Assembly: GCF_036321535.1 (NCBI RefSeq)
Contig: NC_087465.1
Span: 2,728,001-2,792,000 of the forward strand
DNA: 64,000 nt
DNA from: Camelus dromedarius
Taxonomy: Eukaryota
Direction of reading: 5' to 3'
Shown: positions 46,661 to 59,000 of the stretch, one piece after another
How positions within the stretch are numbered: position 1 is the first letter of the stretch
Layout of the letters: the number at the start of each line of letters is the position of its first letter
Program-made: the position numbers and the translations under genes
The notes under the pieces: model-generated
Databases searched by the model: none
Told to the model about the DNA's origin: nothing
Seen by the model: the letters and a program-made list of their open reading frames with translations, nothing else

Positions 46661-47239
46661 AGTGATTTGCCATTTATGTCAGGTTATTTGCATCAGCAAC
46701 TTTTGTTTGTTTGTTTGAGCTTGGGAGACCACCCACCTTGTGAATCTTTATGGGGCAAAGAGCATCTCTTCCTGGAGCTGCTGGATGAGCTGCGTATTTT
46801 CTGTCCACTTCTCTGCATTAGAGGCACAGCCAGTCGTGCGGCGTGGAAGTGAGCAGGGTGACGGCAGGCTCCCTGCGGACTGCGCTTTCTGGTTAGAGTC
46901 TCAGCCGAGGGGCCTGTGCCAGGTTGGTCTTATTTGCAGGACGATTGTGACCCTGGTGGGAAGGTGGCGAGGGTGCGAGTCGTAGCACGTTGAGCTCTGG
47001 TGTCCAGGTGGTTTCTTTACCAGACCCGTTCTGTGAAAGGTTTCATATCTTTGTCCCTGAAATCTTAAGTTAGGGCCTTATTATTTAGACCTCTCGAAGA
47101 TTCTGTGAGCCACTCAGTATGCTTTTAATAGACTCCTTTCTGTGTAATCCCCAGGGTCAGATTTGGTCTCTTGCCACCAAGAGTCCCGATCCAGCAGTTG
47201 GTACCAGGAATAGGGTGGATTTTTCACGTATAATGAGAA

Positions 47240-47630
47240 GAGTTAGGGGGTTACCAGCTTGGCCCAGCTGCTCCCGCAGCTGTCAGGACCCCCTCTCTTC
47301 CTACGTGGCCGTTCTCCACGCGTGAGTGTTTATCTTTGTGCATGTTGTCGCTAACCAGCTCCCTGTGTTACTCCCACGTTCCAGGCAGGGAGAGGGAAGA
47401 TGGGGGTGGCACCAGCTGTGTCTGTTTCTTTTATCAAGAAAGCAAAAGTTTCTAGAAGTGCTCCTTCAGATCTTCCCTTACATTGTCTTGGCTTCAACAA
47501 GGTCACCTGGATCACCAACCCGAGAGATGGAGAAGTGAGAATCTGGCTTTCCGCCCTCCCTGAGGAAGGTGCGAAGGGAGCAGGCTCGGGAATGTGTGTT
47601 GAACAAGACGATGACCAGTGGCTACTGCAT
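47240..47630 (-). mobile_element. Old MLT1 (K/L-like) LTR
   Basis: TTCCAGGCAGGGAGAGGGAAG...TTTTATCAAGAAAGCAAAAGTTTCTAGAAG...CCCTTACATTGTCTTGGC. Confidence 0.5.
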
Positions 47631-47664
47631 TATTAGTTTCCCCTTTAGTGATGTATTTAGTTTT

Positions 47665-48340
47665 GTTTTATTTTTTAAGTGAAGTATAGTCAGTTTATAA
47701 TGTTGTGTCCATTTCAGGCATACAGCATCATCTTTCAGTCATACACATACATACATATATTCCTTTTCATATCCTTTTTCAGTTATAGGGTTACTACAAG
47801 ATACTGAATATAGTCCCCTGTGCTGTACAGTAGAAACTTGTTGTCTATCTATTTTATATACTGTAGTTAGTATCTGCAAATCTCGAATTCAAAATTTATC
47901 CCTTCCCAACCCCTTTCCCCCCTAATAACCGTAAGTTTGTTTTCTGCGTTGGTGAGTTTGTTTATGTTTATGTAAATAAGTTCATTTGTGTCATTTTTTA
48001 GATTCCACGTAGTGATATTATGTATTTTTCTTTCTCTGTCTGACTTGCTTCACTCAGCATGATGATCTCCAGGTCCATCACGTTGCTGCCAGTGGCATTA
48101 TTTTATTCTTTNNNNNNNNNNNNNNNNNNNNNNNNNNNNNNNNNNNNNNNNNNNNNNNNNNNNNNNNNNNNNNNNNNNNNNNNNNNNNNNNNNNNNNNNN
48201 NNNNNNNNNNNNNNNNNNNNNNNNNNNNNNNNNNNNNNNNCAGGTGTCTTTTCAAATTAGAGTTCCCTCTGGACACATGCCCAGGAGTGGGATTGCTGGG
48301 TCATATGGTAAGTCTATTTTTAGTTTCTTAAGGAGCTCCC
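47665..48340 (-). mobile_element. Young L1 3' end spanning an assembly gap
   Basis: Collinear with the 30981-31640 copy. Confidence 0.85.
48112..48240. other. Assembly gap (129 N)
   Basis: Run of N. Confidence 1.
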
Positions 48341-48364
48341 TCTTTAGAAGGATGGTTCCTGGAG

Positions 48365-48458
48365 AACAGGGGTTGAGTGTTGTTCACTGCTGTCTCTTCT
48401 GTGCCTAGAACAGTGCTTGGCAAATATGGGACCTTAAAATTCATTGACTGATTGATTT
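48365..48458 (+). mobile_element. L2 3' end
   Basis: TGTTCACTGCTGTCTCTTCTGTGCCTAGAACAGTGCTTGGCA. Confidence 0.55.
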
Positions 48459-48624
48459 CTAATCCACTGTCAACAGCTGGAGAATCTTTCTTCCAAATCT
48501 GTCTTATCTTTTGCTTTTATTACAGAGCCACCATTCTATGCCAGGCCAATTATTAAAGATTTATTTATTAAAGATTTGTTTTCATGCTATATTTCTCTCT
48601 CCAGTCTTTTGTTTGTTTTTAGAT

Positions 48625-48812
48625 TTTTTATTTTTTATTTTTTTTTATTGAAATGTAGTTGATTTACAATGTTTCAAGTGTACAGCAAGGTGATTCCGTT
48701 ATATATATATATATATATATATCTCGGTTCTTTCTCAGATTCTTTTCCCTTATAGGTTGTTTCAAGATCTTGAATCCAGTTCCCTGTGCTGTACAGTAGG
48801 CCCTTGTGTTTT
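48625..48812 (-). mobile_element. Young L1 3' end with (TA)n
   Basis: TTTTATTGAAATGTAGTTGATTTACAATG...CCAGTTCCCTGTGCTGTACAGTAGGCCCTTG. Confidence 0.8.
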
Positions 48813-49959
48813 CTCCCCAGTCTCTTCCATCTTCTGTGTGCGTTGCCTTCTGCCACTAGAATATCATGGTGAATACCGTTTCTGGCTTGTCCTTGTCTTT
48901 CTCATAGATCTGTGTTAGTTGTGCTGTGGTAAATCGCAGTCTCTTAGCCTGGGATTCTGTGCCACGCGTTAGCTGTCTGTTTCCCTCCCACATCAGCAAC
49001 TTCACTGGTAATCACTCACAAAGCCAGCTCATCCCCTGGCCATCTGGTATACTTGCCACGTCCAGTGTGAGCAGAGGGCAGGCTGCAGGGCTCGCCGGGA
49101 CAAAGGCAGACGGCTGTACCGGGAAGGGAGTAAGTGAGACCAGATTTAGGGAAGACCCTCAGCGGGGCAAGGCCTGCCAGGCTGTTGGTGAGAGGGAAAG
49201 GGCAGTCACCATTCACTCTGAACTTGTGTCTAGCCTGCAGTCTCATCAGTAGAACTCATACCGGGCAGGGCGTCTGACTGGGCGGAAGCAGGAAAGGGCC
49301 ACCTCAGTCCGGTCAGGGGGGCGCTCAGAGCAGTCCTTTTGTCCCTGAGAAGTGGAGCATGAACCAGGATCGAGAACCGCAGACTGAAACACAGACTGGC
49401 CCGCAGGAGGCTGAAGTTCAGGGCCATGCAGCTGAGAAGGCACTCAGCCATTCTTTAAGCTTCTAGAGAGGATGAGACCGTGCACAGCCAGCGCGGGGAG
49501 GCCGAGCCTGCCCTGCGTAGGGCCTCAGGGCTGGCGGCCAGACCGCGCTGGGTCAGGCGGGGACTGGCAGCCCCGTCTGCCTGCCTTCCCCCTCCTTTTA
49601 CACGTGCTCCACTTCTTATCAGAAACATATTCTTGGCTTGTGTGCTTACAGGGAGTTTTTGGAAACCGTGGGGTACAATTATGATACAGTTCAACGTATT
49701 TGCGGAAAGATAATTCGAGTCATTTTTACAGAAAGACAGTATAGACAGATATAAAATTGGCATGCTGTTTTTCAGGCAAAATTAAAGCTTCAATTTCCAG
49801 CTTTGGTTCAAACTCCAGTCTACAATTAGGTATTCACTTTCCCCTTTCCTTAGAGGTACTAGGATGGAAAGAATTGAGAAACTCAGGATTTTAAGTCAGG
49901 TAAAGTGCCTCTAGAGACAGTGTAATTATTATGAAAGTTGTTAATTAAAGATGTATGTT

Positions 49960-50265
49960 TTCACCTATATGTGGAATCTAAAAAACAAAACAAACAAATA
50001 AAACAGAAACAGACCCACAGATACAGAGGGCAACCTAGCGGCTGCCAAAGGAGAGAAGGGGTAGGAGAGGGACGAAATTCGTGAAGGTACAAACTACCAG
50101 TTATAGAATAAGTAAGTCACAGAGATGTGACGTACAGCACAGGGAGTGTTGTCAGTATGTTATAATAACTTTGCATGGTGTGCAATCTCTAAAAATATTG
50201 AATAATTATGCTGTAGGCCTGAAACTAGTATGATACTGTAAGTCATCTATACATCCATAAAAAAT
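49960..50265 (+). mobile_element. L1MA-type 3' end
   Basis: CCTATATGTGGAATCTAAAAAAC...GTACAAACTACCAGTTATAGAATAAG...GTACAGCACAGGGAG. Confidence 0.75.
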
Positions 50266-52049
50266 ACACATCCTAAGATTTTCAACTAGAATTCAGAAAT
50301 TTCCATTTTCAGAATGCATTAAAAAGACCATGTCTGAGATTAAAAAAAAAAATTCTTTAACAGGAAAGGAAAGCTCTCGTTGACAGCATTAGTGGTAAGG
50401 ATTAGAAAAAAACTGCTATTTGGAGAGAATATCCCAATGTCTTCTTTTTTAAGGTAAAAATGTTAAGTCAGTCTAAAAGAATTTCAAGGTGTTTTTCTCA
50501 CTCTTAAAAAATAATGAACATTTATCATTTAAAATAAGAAAGTCCTTATGTATGCGTAGTGCAGTTTTATTCAGGAACGTCTATTTCCTCTAAGCAAGAA
50601 AGACCTTCTGAACATTTTAAAGTAACACCTTAACCTAATCGCACGAACAGAATGGAACTTTCCGCTGTCATCTCTTTGCAGTAAGTTAGGATCTTCACAT
50701 ATCTAAATAGTCCCCTGTGGCAGCGTGCTGGTCACATACCAGGGGAAATTTACTCCAAATCGCTTTTGAATTTTACTGGCTGCCTCCAAAAATTGATGTG
50801 AAATCCCAAGAACTGTTTATCAACTGAGAGAGAAAAGTATAAATTGAAGTTCTACTTACTTGTTCTGTCAAGATACGTAGGAACGATTTTTTGGATTGGC
50901 TTGTCTAAACTTAGGTTGGTTATATGTATTTTGAGGATAGCCACCTTCTCCTTCAATAATAGTGAAGTTATTCCTTTTTTGGTTAAGTAAAATAGACTCT
51001 TTTATAGTATTTTGAACACCCTTGAAGACTTAATGGAAAAGGTGATTTACCCCTGACAGGCAAAGTTTTTAGAGCAACAGTGTTTTGTTTTGTTTTGTTT
51101 TACTGTTTCATTTAGGAAATAGTACTTATCAAATTCTGACCAAGTGATTATAACTCATTAATTTGTCCAGAATTAAAAAATAAATATTAATCACAGAAAC
51201 GATAGATCTCAATGTACAGTTTTGGGATATACAGAATTCTGCCTCAGTAACACTAATTCTCCATAAGACTACGCTAGACATCAAGATGCTTTAATCAGGA
51301 TCATTTTGAATTTTGAGTGTATCCAGATCAGTTTCATCTGATCAGCCAGTGATGGAAATGTGAAATTCCACTGTGAACTTGGGGGCTTTTTGTTATTTCA
51401 GCATAACTTAGACTACTGTGTCCATCATAGGCTTTAACCATGTCACAACTGTCAATACTATATAATTTCTAGAGTTGGCTCATTTCACTACGTGAATAAT
51501 AATATTCACTACTTTCACAAGACACAAATTACAGCCCTCACTTGAATGCCTCTAAAATCTCTCTTATGCTGATCTCTCTCCCCATCTGCAATGTCATGCT
51601 AATAACTGCTTTTTGGACATCACTAATGATGTCTATGACTTCAAACTAAGTCTGTCACAAATGGAATGGATTTATATAGTTCCTGACTTAAATCTCTCCT
51701 GTCACATAGTCTATGGTTGTTAATGGCACTGCAGTTTCTCCAGGCTTGACAAACTTGAGTTACCCCTTTAAACAAAGACATGGCAAGTACTTGATAAAAG
51801 CCAGCTCCTACAGTCATCTGTGTTCCGGCTGCTTCATGCAATGCCTGCTGAACTATGCTCTGCGCTGGCTTCTTTAGTTCCAGTAGATTGTTCATTTAGG
51901 GGATTAAATAAATTACCTATCTCCTTGCCTTCCGCAATCAACCTATTGTTGTGTTATTTTGGGTCTACCTCTGAAGTTTTGGGGGACTTATTTCCTTCCT
52001 TTCTGTTTCTATTTTCATCAGTATAAGTCAGGCCCTCAGGAACTCTTGA

Positions 52050-52508
52050 TTTAACTATTTTTAGGGCCACCTCACCAGTTTCTGTCACTACAGTCTCCTC
52101 CCTCCAAATCATCGGATGTACAGTGTCAGTGAGATGCTCAGTTCTGATGTCATCTCCCTGCTCAGAAATCTTCAGTGCTTTCCCACGTTCTGTGGAATAA
52201 ACGCCTTCGCCAGGCATTTTTGACCCTCTACAGTGTGGCCTCAACACACACAGAGGCTTCAACATTAGATGGAGAACATTACTGCAAAGTGGCTCCTCTA
52301 TTTACTAACGGTGTGTCTTTTGGTTAAGTACTATTCCTTCCTTGACCCCAGTGTTCCAAGCTGGAAAACACAGTTAATAACACTATGTACCTCATAGAGT
52401 TGTTGTGAGGATTAAGTGAAATAGTTTATTTAAAGCGTTAAGTATGGTGCCTGGCACAAAGCGATTAGTCAACTATTTATTGTTATTGTTGTTACTATTA
52501 TTACTATG
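52050..52508 (+). mobile_element. Adjacent L2 (~52050-52240) and MIR (~52290-52508) remnants
   Basis: CTCCCTGCTCAGAAATCTTCAGTG (L2) and ACCTCATAGAGTTGTTGTGAGGATTAAGTGAAA...GTGCCTGGCACA (MIR). Confidence 0.6.
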
Positions 52509-52744
52509 ACAGCACTGCTGGGGGTAGATAAATAGATGCTGTTTATCCATGGAGCTTGTAACAGTTTAGTCCTCTGTGAGTTTTAGAAGTGGGAGCACGA
52601 GTCTGCTACAGCACTGGGCATTCTGGTCCCTCCTCATTTAGCTCCCGTGTTTGCCTCATTAGCAGTGACTTCCAGACGAAGGGCTATGCCTATTGAGTTG
52701 TATGGAGCACATTAAAAACTGACCTGATCTGTTGCCTAACGGGA

Positions 52745-53070
52745 TTAGTCACAAAACCCAAACGTCCATCAGCTGGTGAACAGATACGCAAAATAACAGT
52801 ATATTCATACACTACGACACTGTTCAGCAGTAAAAAGGAACGATGTCCTGCTGTGTGCTAAAACATAGCTGAACCTCAAAAGCATTACACTAAATCAGTG
52901 AAGCCAGACACAAAAGACTCCGTGTCGTATGATTCTGTTTATATGAAATGTTCAAAATAGGCAAATCTGTAGAGACAGAAGTAGATTAGTGGCTGCCTTG
53001 GGCTCTCGGTGGAAGTGAGAAATGACTGTAGACGGGGACAAAGTGTCCTTCTGGGTTGATGGAAATGTGT
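52745..53070 (+). mobile_element. L1MB-type 3' UTR, interrupted
   Basis: CCCAAACGTCCATCAGCTGGTGAA...GAAGCCAGACACAAAAGAC...GGCAAATCTGTAGAGACAGAAGTAGATTAGTGG. Confidence 0.75.
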
Positions 53071-53074
53071 GTGT

Positions 53075-55250
53075 CTAGTTCTCTGTCATTTCATCACACG
53101 TGTACCCACCACCACAGTCGAGATACAGAACTGAAGATATGTTCATCCTGCTGCCCCTTAGGGTCCCACCCACCCCTCTCCCACACCATCCGTTACCCTG
53201 AAACCCCCCACACCATCCGTAACCCCTGAAACCCCCAACCTGTTCCCCATCTCTGTGATTTTGTCATTTCAAAAATTTTATGTAAGCAAAATCATACAGT
53301 ATGTGAGACCACTTACATTTAATGTAATTATTGCTATCTTAGGGCTTAAGTCTTCCATATTATTTTTTAATGTTTGTTCTCTTTGTTTTTTCATTTCCCT
53401 GTTTTCTCTTTCATGCCTTCCTTTGGGAAATGTGAGCAGTTTTCAGTTTCATTTTGATTTTTCTACATTGTTTTTGAGCATAACTCTTCGTGTATATTGG
53501 TGGTAGTTCTAGGTATTACATTGCACCTACAAAATTATCACTTTACTGATGTAGACATTTTACCAGTTTAAGTGCAGAAAACTTGGTTCCCCTTAACCTC
53601 CCATTTGTATTTGTTTTAATATTTCCTTTAATATTTCCTCTCCATACATTGAGAACCATATAATATAATACTACATTTTTTGCCTCAACTGTCAAACATA
53701 ATTTAGAAAATTACAGAGAAGGAAAATCTATTTATCTGTATTTTTGGTCTTTCTGTTGTTCTTTCTTCCTTCCAGATATTCCAAGATTCCTTCTTTCATA
53801 ATTTTCTTTCTATTAGCTAACTTTCTTTACAAATTCTTTTAGAATAAGTCTGCTGGTGACAAATTCTCTTAGCTTTCCTTCATCTGTGCGTGTCTGGGTT
53901 ACTCTTCGTTCCTCAAGGATGTTTTCACTGGGCACAGAACTCTAGTCAACAGTTCTTTCATTTTAGCACCTGTAAAGTGCTTGTAACTTCCTTCTGGCCT
54001 CTGTGGTTTCTGATGGGAAATCTGTCTAATTGTTTTTCTCTTATATGTAATGTGTCATCTCTCTCTGGTTGCTTTCAAAATTTTTTCTTTGTCTTTAATT
54101 TTCTGAAGTTTGATTATGATGGGTTTTGGTGTGAATTTCTTTGAGTTTATTATCTTTGGGATTCAATCAGTTTCTTGAATCATAGTTTGTCTTCTGCAAG
54201 ATTTGGGAAATTTCCAGCCATTGTATCTGGGAATATTTCAGCCACCCCCTTCACCCCGGACCCCTGTCTCTTTTCCTTCTGCAATTCTGATGACCCACAT
54301 GTTAGCTCTTCTGTTTTAGTCCCGGAGGTCCCTGAGGTTCTGTTCATTATTATTATTTTTTAATCTATTTTCTCTCTGTCGCTCAGAGTGGGTAAGTTTC
54401 ATTGTTCTAACTTCACGTTCGCTGATCCTCTCTTCCGTCTTCTCCATTATGCTGGTGAGACCTCCCACTGGGTTCTTACGTTTCAGTTATTATACATTTT
54501 CAGTTCTAAGATGTCCATTTCATTCTTCTTTATATCTTCTATTTCTTGGCTGAGGCCTTCTATTTTTTCGTTTGTTTCAGATGCGTTTGTAATTGCATGT
54601 TGAAGTATTTTTATGATGTCTGCTTTAACGTTGTTGTCAGATAATTCTAACCTCTGTGCCATGTTGATGATGACATTTGTTAATTGTTTCTTATCAGTCA
54701 AGTTGAGATTTTCTGGTTCTCAGTAAAGTGAATTCTTTTTAAAACTTATATCCAGGACACTTGGGCACTATGTTATGAAACTGTGGATCCAGTTTAAAAC
54801 TTGCGTTTTACCAGGTCTCCACTGACACTCTGCTGGCAGCGGGAAGGAAGCACACCTGTTTACTGCCCACACTGACTCATTTGATCCCCTGGGGAAAGGG
54901 GGCCTCACTGCCCTGAGGGAGGTGGGACTTCACGCTTCCTTTGGGGGTCTCACTGACCCTGGGGGTGGGGGTGACCTCATTGCTGCTGCGTGGTGGTGAA
55001 AGCTCTGGCTTTCTTCTGGGCCTCCTCTGACGCCAGCAGGGAGGGGAGCAGTGGCTCTGTCACTGCCAGGTGAGAATGGAAGTGCTGGTTCCCTGCTTGG
55101 TCTTCACTTGTATCATCCCCACACAGGGAAGGGAGAGATGCCACGCTGCCGCTAAATGGTAGTAGTCAAGGCTTGGTAAGGCAGAGGAGGGTGGGGTGGG
55201 CTGTTTTTTCCTGTGGTGTTTGGCTAGGGTAGGCAGTTTCTCCCTTTTAC
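53075..55250 (-). mobile_element. Antisense L1 composite including an ancient ORF1 region
   Basis: The minus ORF 54483-54701 (...RLELSDNNVKADIIKILQHAITNASETNEKIEGLSQEIEDIKKNEMDILELK) is L1M ORF1p coiled-coil-like. 53075-53310 is an L1 3' end on the minus strand. Confidence 0.7.
53181..53235. repeat. 27/28-bp tandem duplication inside L1
   Basis: CCACACCATCCGTTACCCTGAAACCCC followed by CCACACCATCCGTAACCCCTGAAACCCC. Confidence 0.85.
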
Positions 55251-55319
55251 TGTACACCTTAAACTTATACAGTGCTGTATCTTAATTATATATCAATAAA
55301 ACTGGAAGAAGAAAAAAAG

Positions 55320-55819
55320 AAATGATACCACTGAAGACCTGTACACAAATGTTCATAGAAGTATTATCCATAAGAACCCCAAACTGGAAACAAACCAAAT
55401 GTGCTTCAACTGGTGAATGAATAAATAAAATAAATTTTAAAAATCCATAAGATAGATGACTATCTGGCAGTAATAGGGAATGAAGCACTGATACATGCTA
55501 TTACGTGGATGGCCCTCAAACACTATGGTAACTGAAGAAGCCAGTCACAAAAGACCACGTATTGTAGGATTCCATTCATATAAAACGTCCAGAACAGGCA
55601 ACTCCATAGAGATGGAGATTCCTGCTTGGGTAGGGCCGGTGTGCGGGGGGTGGGATGGGCACAAAGTTTCTGGGGCATTCTAAAATTGGAGTGCTCGAAA
55701 GTGTTCTAAAATTATATCATGGTGATGGTTGCACAACTCTGTGAATATCTCATTGAATCCACTTTAAATGGGTTAATTTTGTATCATGTAAGTTACACCT
55801 CAATAAAGCTGTTTAAAAA
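55320..55819 (+). mobile_element. L1MB-type 3' end abutting the RP1 promoter
   Basis: GACCTGTACACAAATGTTCATAG...AAACTGGAAACAAACCAAATGT...GGTGATGGTTGCACAACTCTGTGAAT...CCTCAATAAAGCTGTTTAAAAA. Confidence 0.8.
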
Positions 55820-55960
55820 TGCAGACGATTGTGGTTGGATGTTCAGCGTACAGAAGCACATAGGAGAGCTTCATGCTGTGGTTCTCTTTAGGTGAGTTCT
55901 CTCTGGAGATTAGCATCACCGTGGATTAAATTAATTGGCTGTCCTCAATCCCTGAGTGTA
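55820..55960 (+). promoter_or_regulatory. RP1 photoreceptor proximal promoter with CRX/OTX-type sites
   Basis: GAGATTAG 55906-55913 (reverse complement CTAATCTC), GGATTA 55923-55928 and TTAATTGG 55931-55938, immediately upstream of exon 1. Confidence 0.7.
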
Positions 55961-56088
55961 TACACTAAGAATAAATCCGAAGACATTAGTTTCTTTGCAC
56001 GAAACGAGGTTACGCATCCAGCAACATTTACGGGAATTATTCAAACAACTTAACCATCTTTTCTTTATAAGGGAAGTTTCAAGTTCTG
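55961..56088 (+). other. RP1: RP1 non-coding exon 1 (5' UTR); 5' end approximate
   Basis: AAGAATAAATCCGAAGACATTAGTTTCTTTGCACGAAACGAGGTTAC...GTTTCAAGTTCTG resembles the recalled human RP1 mRNA leader. Consensus donor CTG|GTAAGT at 56088/56089, about 4 kb upstream of exon 2. No ATG in the leader. Confidence 0.8.
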
Positions 56089-59000
56089 GTAAGTACAAAA
56101 CTTTACAGTTTTTATTTTTGAAAATAATCTATTTCAGCTAGTTGGACTTTACTTTCCTTTTATATCTAGACTACGTATTTGTGTTTCATCTTTAACCATT
56201 AGAAAAAAAATAAATATTGCTAATAATTATTATCTTTACACACATATGCCAGAAACCCTCACAGTATGCTGACACTGAAGTATGAGGGAGCTTCAGTATC
56301 AGGAAATCGAGAAGTGCTAATATATTCAAATATAAGTAAATGTTTTTTTCCTCATCATAAAAGCACTATTTGCTCATTAGAGAATCTGTGCAGTATATTA
56401 AAGAAGGCAACTGCCTGTAATTCAACAGTGCTGTGACTGCCATGGGGAAGGGCTGGTGTACTTCCCCTCTGAACCCCCACCCCAGGCCCAACCCACAGAG
56501 TCAGGATCCGTGAAATGGACTAACTTTTCGTGCAATAGCAGATCTCTGAATTGCCACAGAACCAGGTTTATGAATATACCAGTTCTGTTTTTTGTTTTCT
56601 ACTTCATTCTTTATGAATTGCTCGAATTCCTACCATGTAATTAGTGATATGATACCCCTTCATCCTGTAAATCTGTCATCCGTTTTGTCAAGCGAGTAGC
56701 GGAGGGAAGACACAGCCCTCTCGGTAGAGGCAACTATTTAGCTCAGAGCAGCACAGACAGCTGAGAGCAGTAACGGCACGCATAAAGATAACGATGGTTG
56801 AACCTAGTGAAACCAAGGGTGTTGAAAAAAATCTGCTTCATCTTAAAAAGCATTATAAGTATTCAAGACAGCTCCATGGTCTGACTGAGCAATGGAGAGC
56901 AGGCAGAGAAGAGGGGAAGGTATTGGTAGCCAGCTGTCAACTCAGTAGAAGCAGATTTTCAATATAATCTGAGCTGGAGGTATGAAGTTTTAAGTCAGTG
57001 TTGGGGCAAGTGGAGGGCCTTCAGAGTCTAGTTTCCTCTTGTTCCCTCTTTCCACCTCCACTTCCCCCAGCATAACCTGCTGGGAGAAGAATTAGACCAA
57101 GCTTTGTTCCTTAGATGGCCCCTAAGTACACCGCTGCCTTGCCCCAAGGTCAGAGGGCTCAGAATAAACCTTATTATCTAAAATGTATGCAAAGACACAT
57201 TTCAGAATTTCCATCCAAGTTCTGATTAGTCTTTGAAGTTGGCTAAGAAAGGTGCACAACTAAGGGTAGCTAAAAGCTGTGAAGGGCTGGGAGCTCTGTT
57301 TCACAAAAGGGGACACTACTGTCAAGACCGACCGACCACGTCGCTGGTCTGTCCACTGCACTGGCAGATGCTGCGCTAACCCTCGTCTTCTTCCTGGAGG
57401 GCAACCCCGCCACTCTTTGCCTCTGGCATCTAAGCTTTATATAAGCTTTCCTCTGGAAACCACTGTCTCTTCCCACCCTCAGCATCTCTCCTTGACATTT
57501 TCAAGGTACCCTGACTCTTCCTCAATTCTGCTACTGAATTACTCTGTGAATTTCCAACCGACACTGTAGGAGACACACATGATGTCAAGGCAAAGATGAA
57601 ACACTCCCTCTGGAAAGGATCTAGTTTGCACTCTCTCCCCCAGTGATGATTCTAGGCACTGTATCCACAGAGATCCTTTTATTCAACAATAATGCTGAAT
57701 CTTCACCGTCTTCTGTTACACACGCGACGCCCACCTTACTTATCATAGGCTCTTAAACCTCACCCACACGTATGCAAAATCTCAGTACATGCTCCAGAAC
57801 TTCCCTGGTGACTTCCAGGAGTTTCCAGGGATCCTCTTACACGCAACTAGGATCACAGGAACTTGCATCTTTGTTTTGTTTTTGCTACAGCCTCTGCATC
57901 AAGGTGCCTGGCAACCACCCTGCTGCAGGTAGTTTCTCTGCAAATGCTCCTCCACTGCGGGGCACAGGGCATCGTCCCAGGACGTGGTAACTTCAGCGTC
58001 TTCTCTTCATGCATCAGGCTCAAAACCAGTGAGCAGGGCTGGGCAGCAGTGGGATAGCGACAATGGGGGCCATTTTTTCCCGTCAACTGTCCCTATCTGC
58101 CATGGCCTCCTTTTTGGTTCCAACACAAAATCTCCTTTTTCTTATTTTAGCCAAAAACAAACAAAAACCACCACCACCAACAGAAAAAAACCTCAAAACA
58201 AAACCCTTAGCATATCAGCTTACATAACTGTGTTCCCAACATGACCACCAGGTCAGCAGCTCTCCAACTAGTGAGATCCAGGAAACTACTGAAATTAAAA
58301 GCCTCACTATGCATTTACATATAGATGAATATAACTTTCCAAAATTAGGTGAAAAACGTGTCTCAAACACTATCCATGTAAAAAATTCTCAAATAAATAT
58401 GTAAGAAAACCAGCCTAGAAAGTAACTGGAGTTACTGAGTTCTGAAGTCTTTTGTTTAAACACTGAAGGATTTCCTCCCTCTTAACAGTTGGTGAGGGCC
58501 TGAGACTCAGCAGCGTGGCCCAGTTTATCAGGTCAGACCACAGCTTATCAGCGGAGGGTGAGGAGAGATTGAGGTTTTGCTGACTCCACCGCAAAGCTGG
58601 ATTCCCCAGCTCCTGATGCGCATGCCTGCTACAGCAGCTTTATTGTCTTAAGTATTGTAATTACTTTAAACTGCTTGGGGAGAGAGAAGAGGAGACACAT
58701 CTAATTTCTCAGCTGATCTTTGAATGCATTTTCTTTATATATAAATAAGATTTGCAAATTGTATTGGAGATAAATGAAGTGTCTTAGATAACAGCTTGCA
58801 AACATTTAAGTAGGTGATTTGGGCCAGATTTATAGCTGATTTATAATGACAAATATGCCTTTTTCATCTCTTAACACTGATCACATTCATTTAGCTTGTT
58901 CAGTTTGTCTTCAAGGCTGCAGGGCACTCTTACTCTGTCAAAAGACACCGATAATTACATTGATTTAAAACAACAGAAAATAGCCACAATACACTACAAA

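Noticed and set aside
49305-49330. CTCF-like CCGGTCAGGGGGGCGCTC
   Set aside because: One G too many breaks the core spacing. The similar site at ~30388 has the same problem.
17695-54701. ORFs resembling real proteins at 17695-17943, 31466-31672, 32233-32436 and 54483-54701
   Set aside because: They are fragments of L1 ORF2p/ORF1p within truncated, frameshifted elements. They are neither host genes nor active transposons.
1-55000. SOX17 or a processed pseudogene upstream of RP1
   Set aside because: No HMG-box or other recognisable mRNA-derived sequence was seen. A translated search (BLASTX of the repeat-masked sequence) would be needed to exclude a highly decayed pseudogene.
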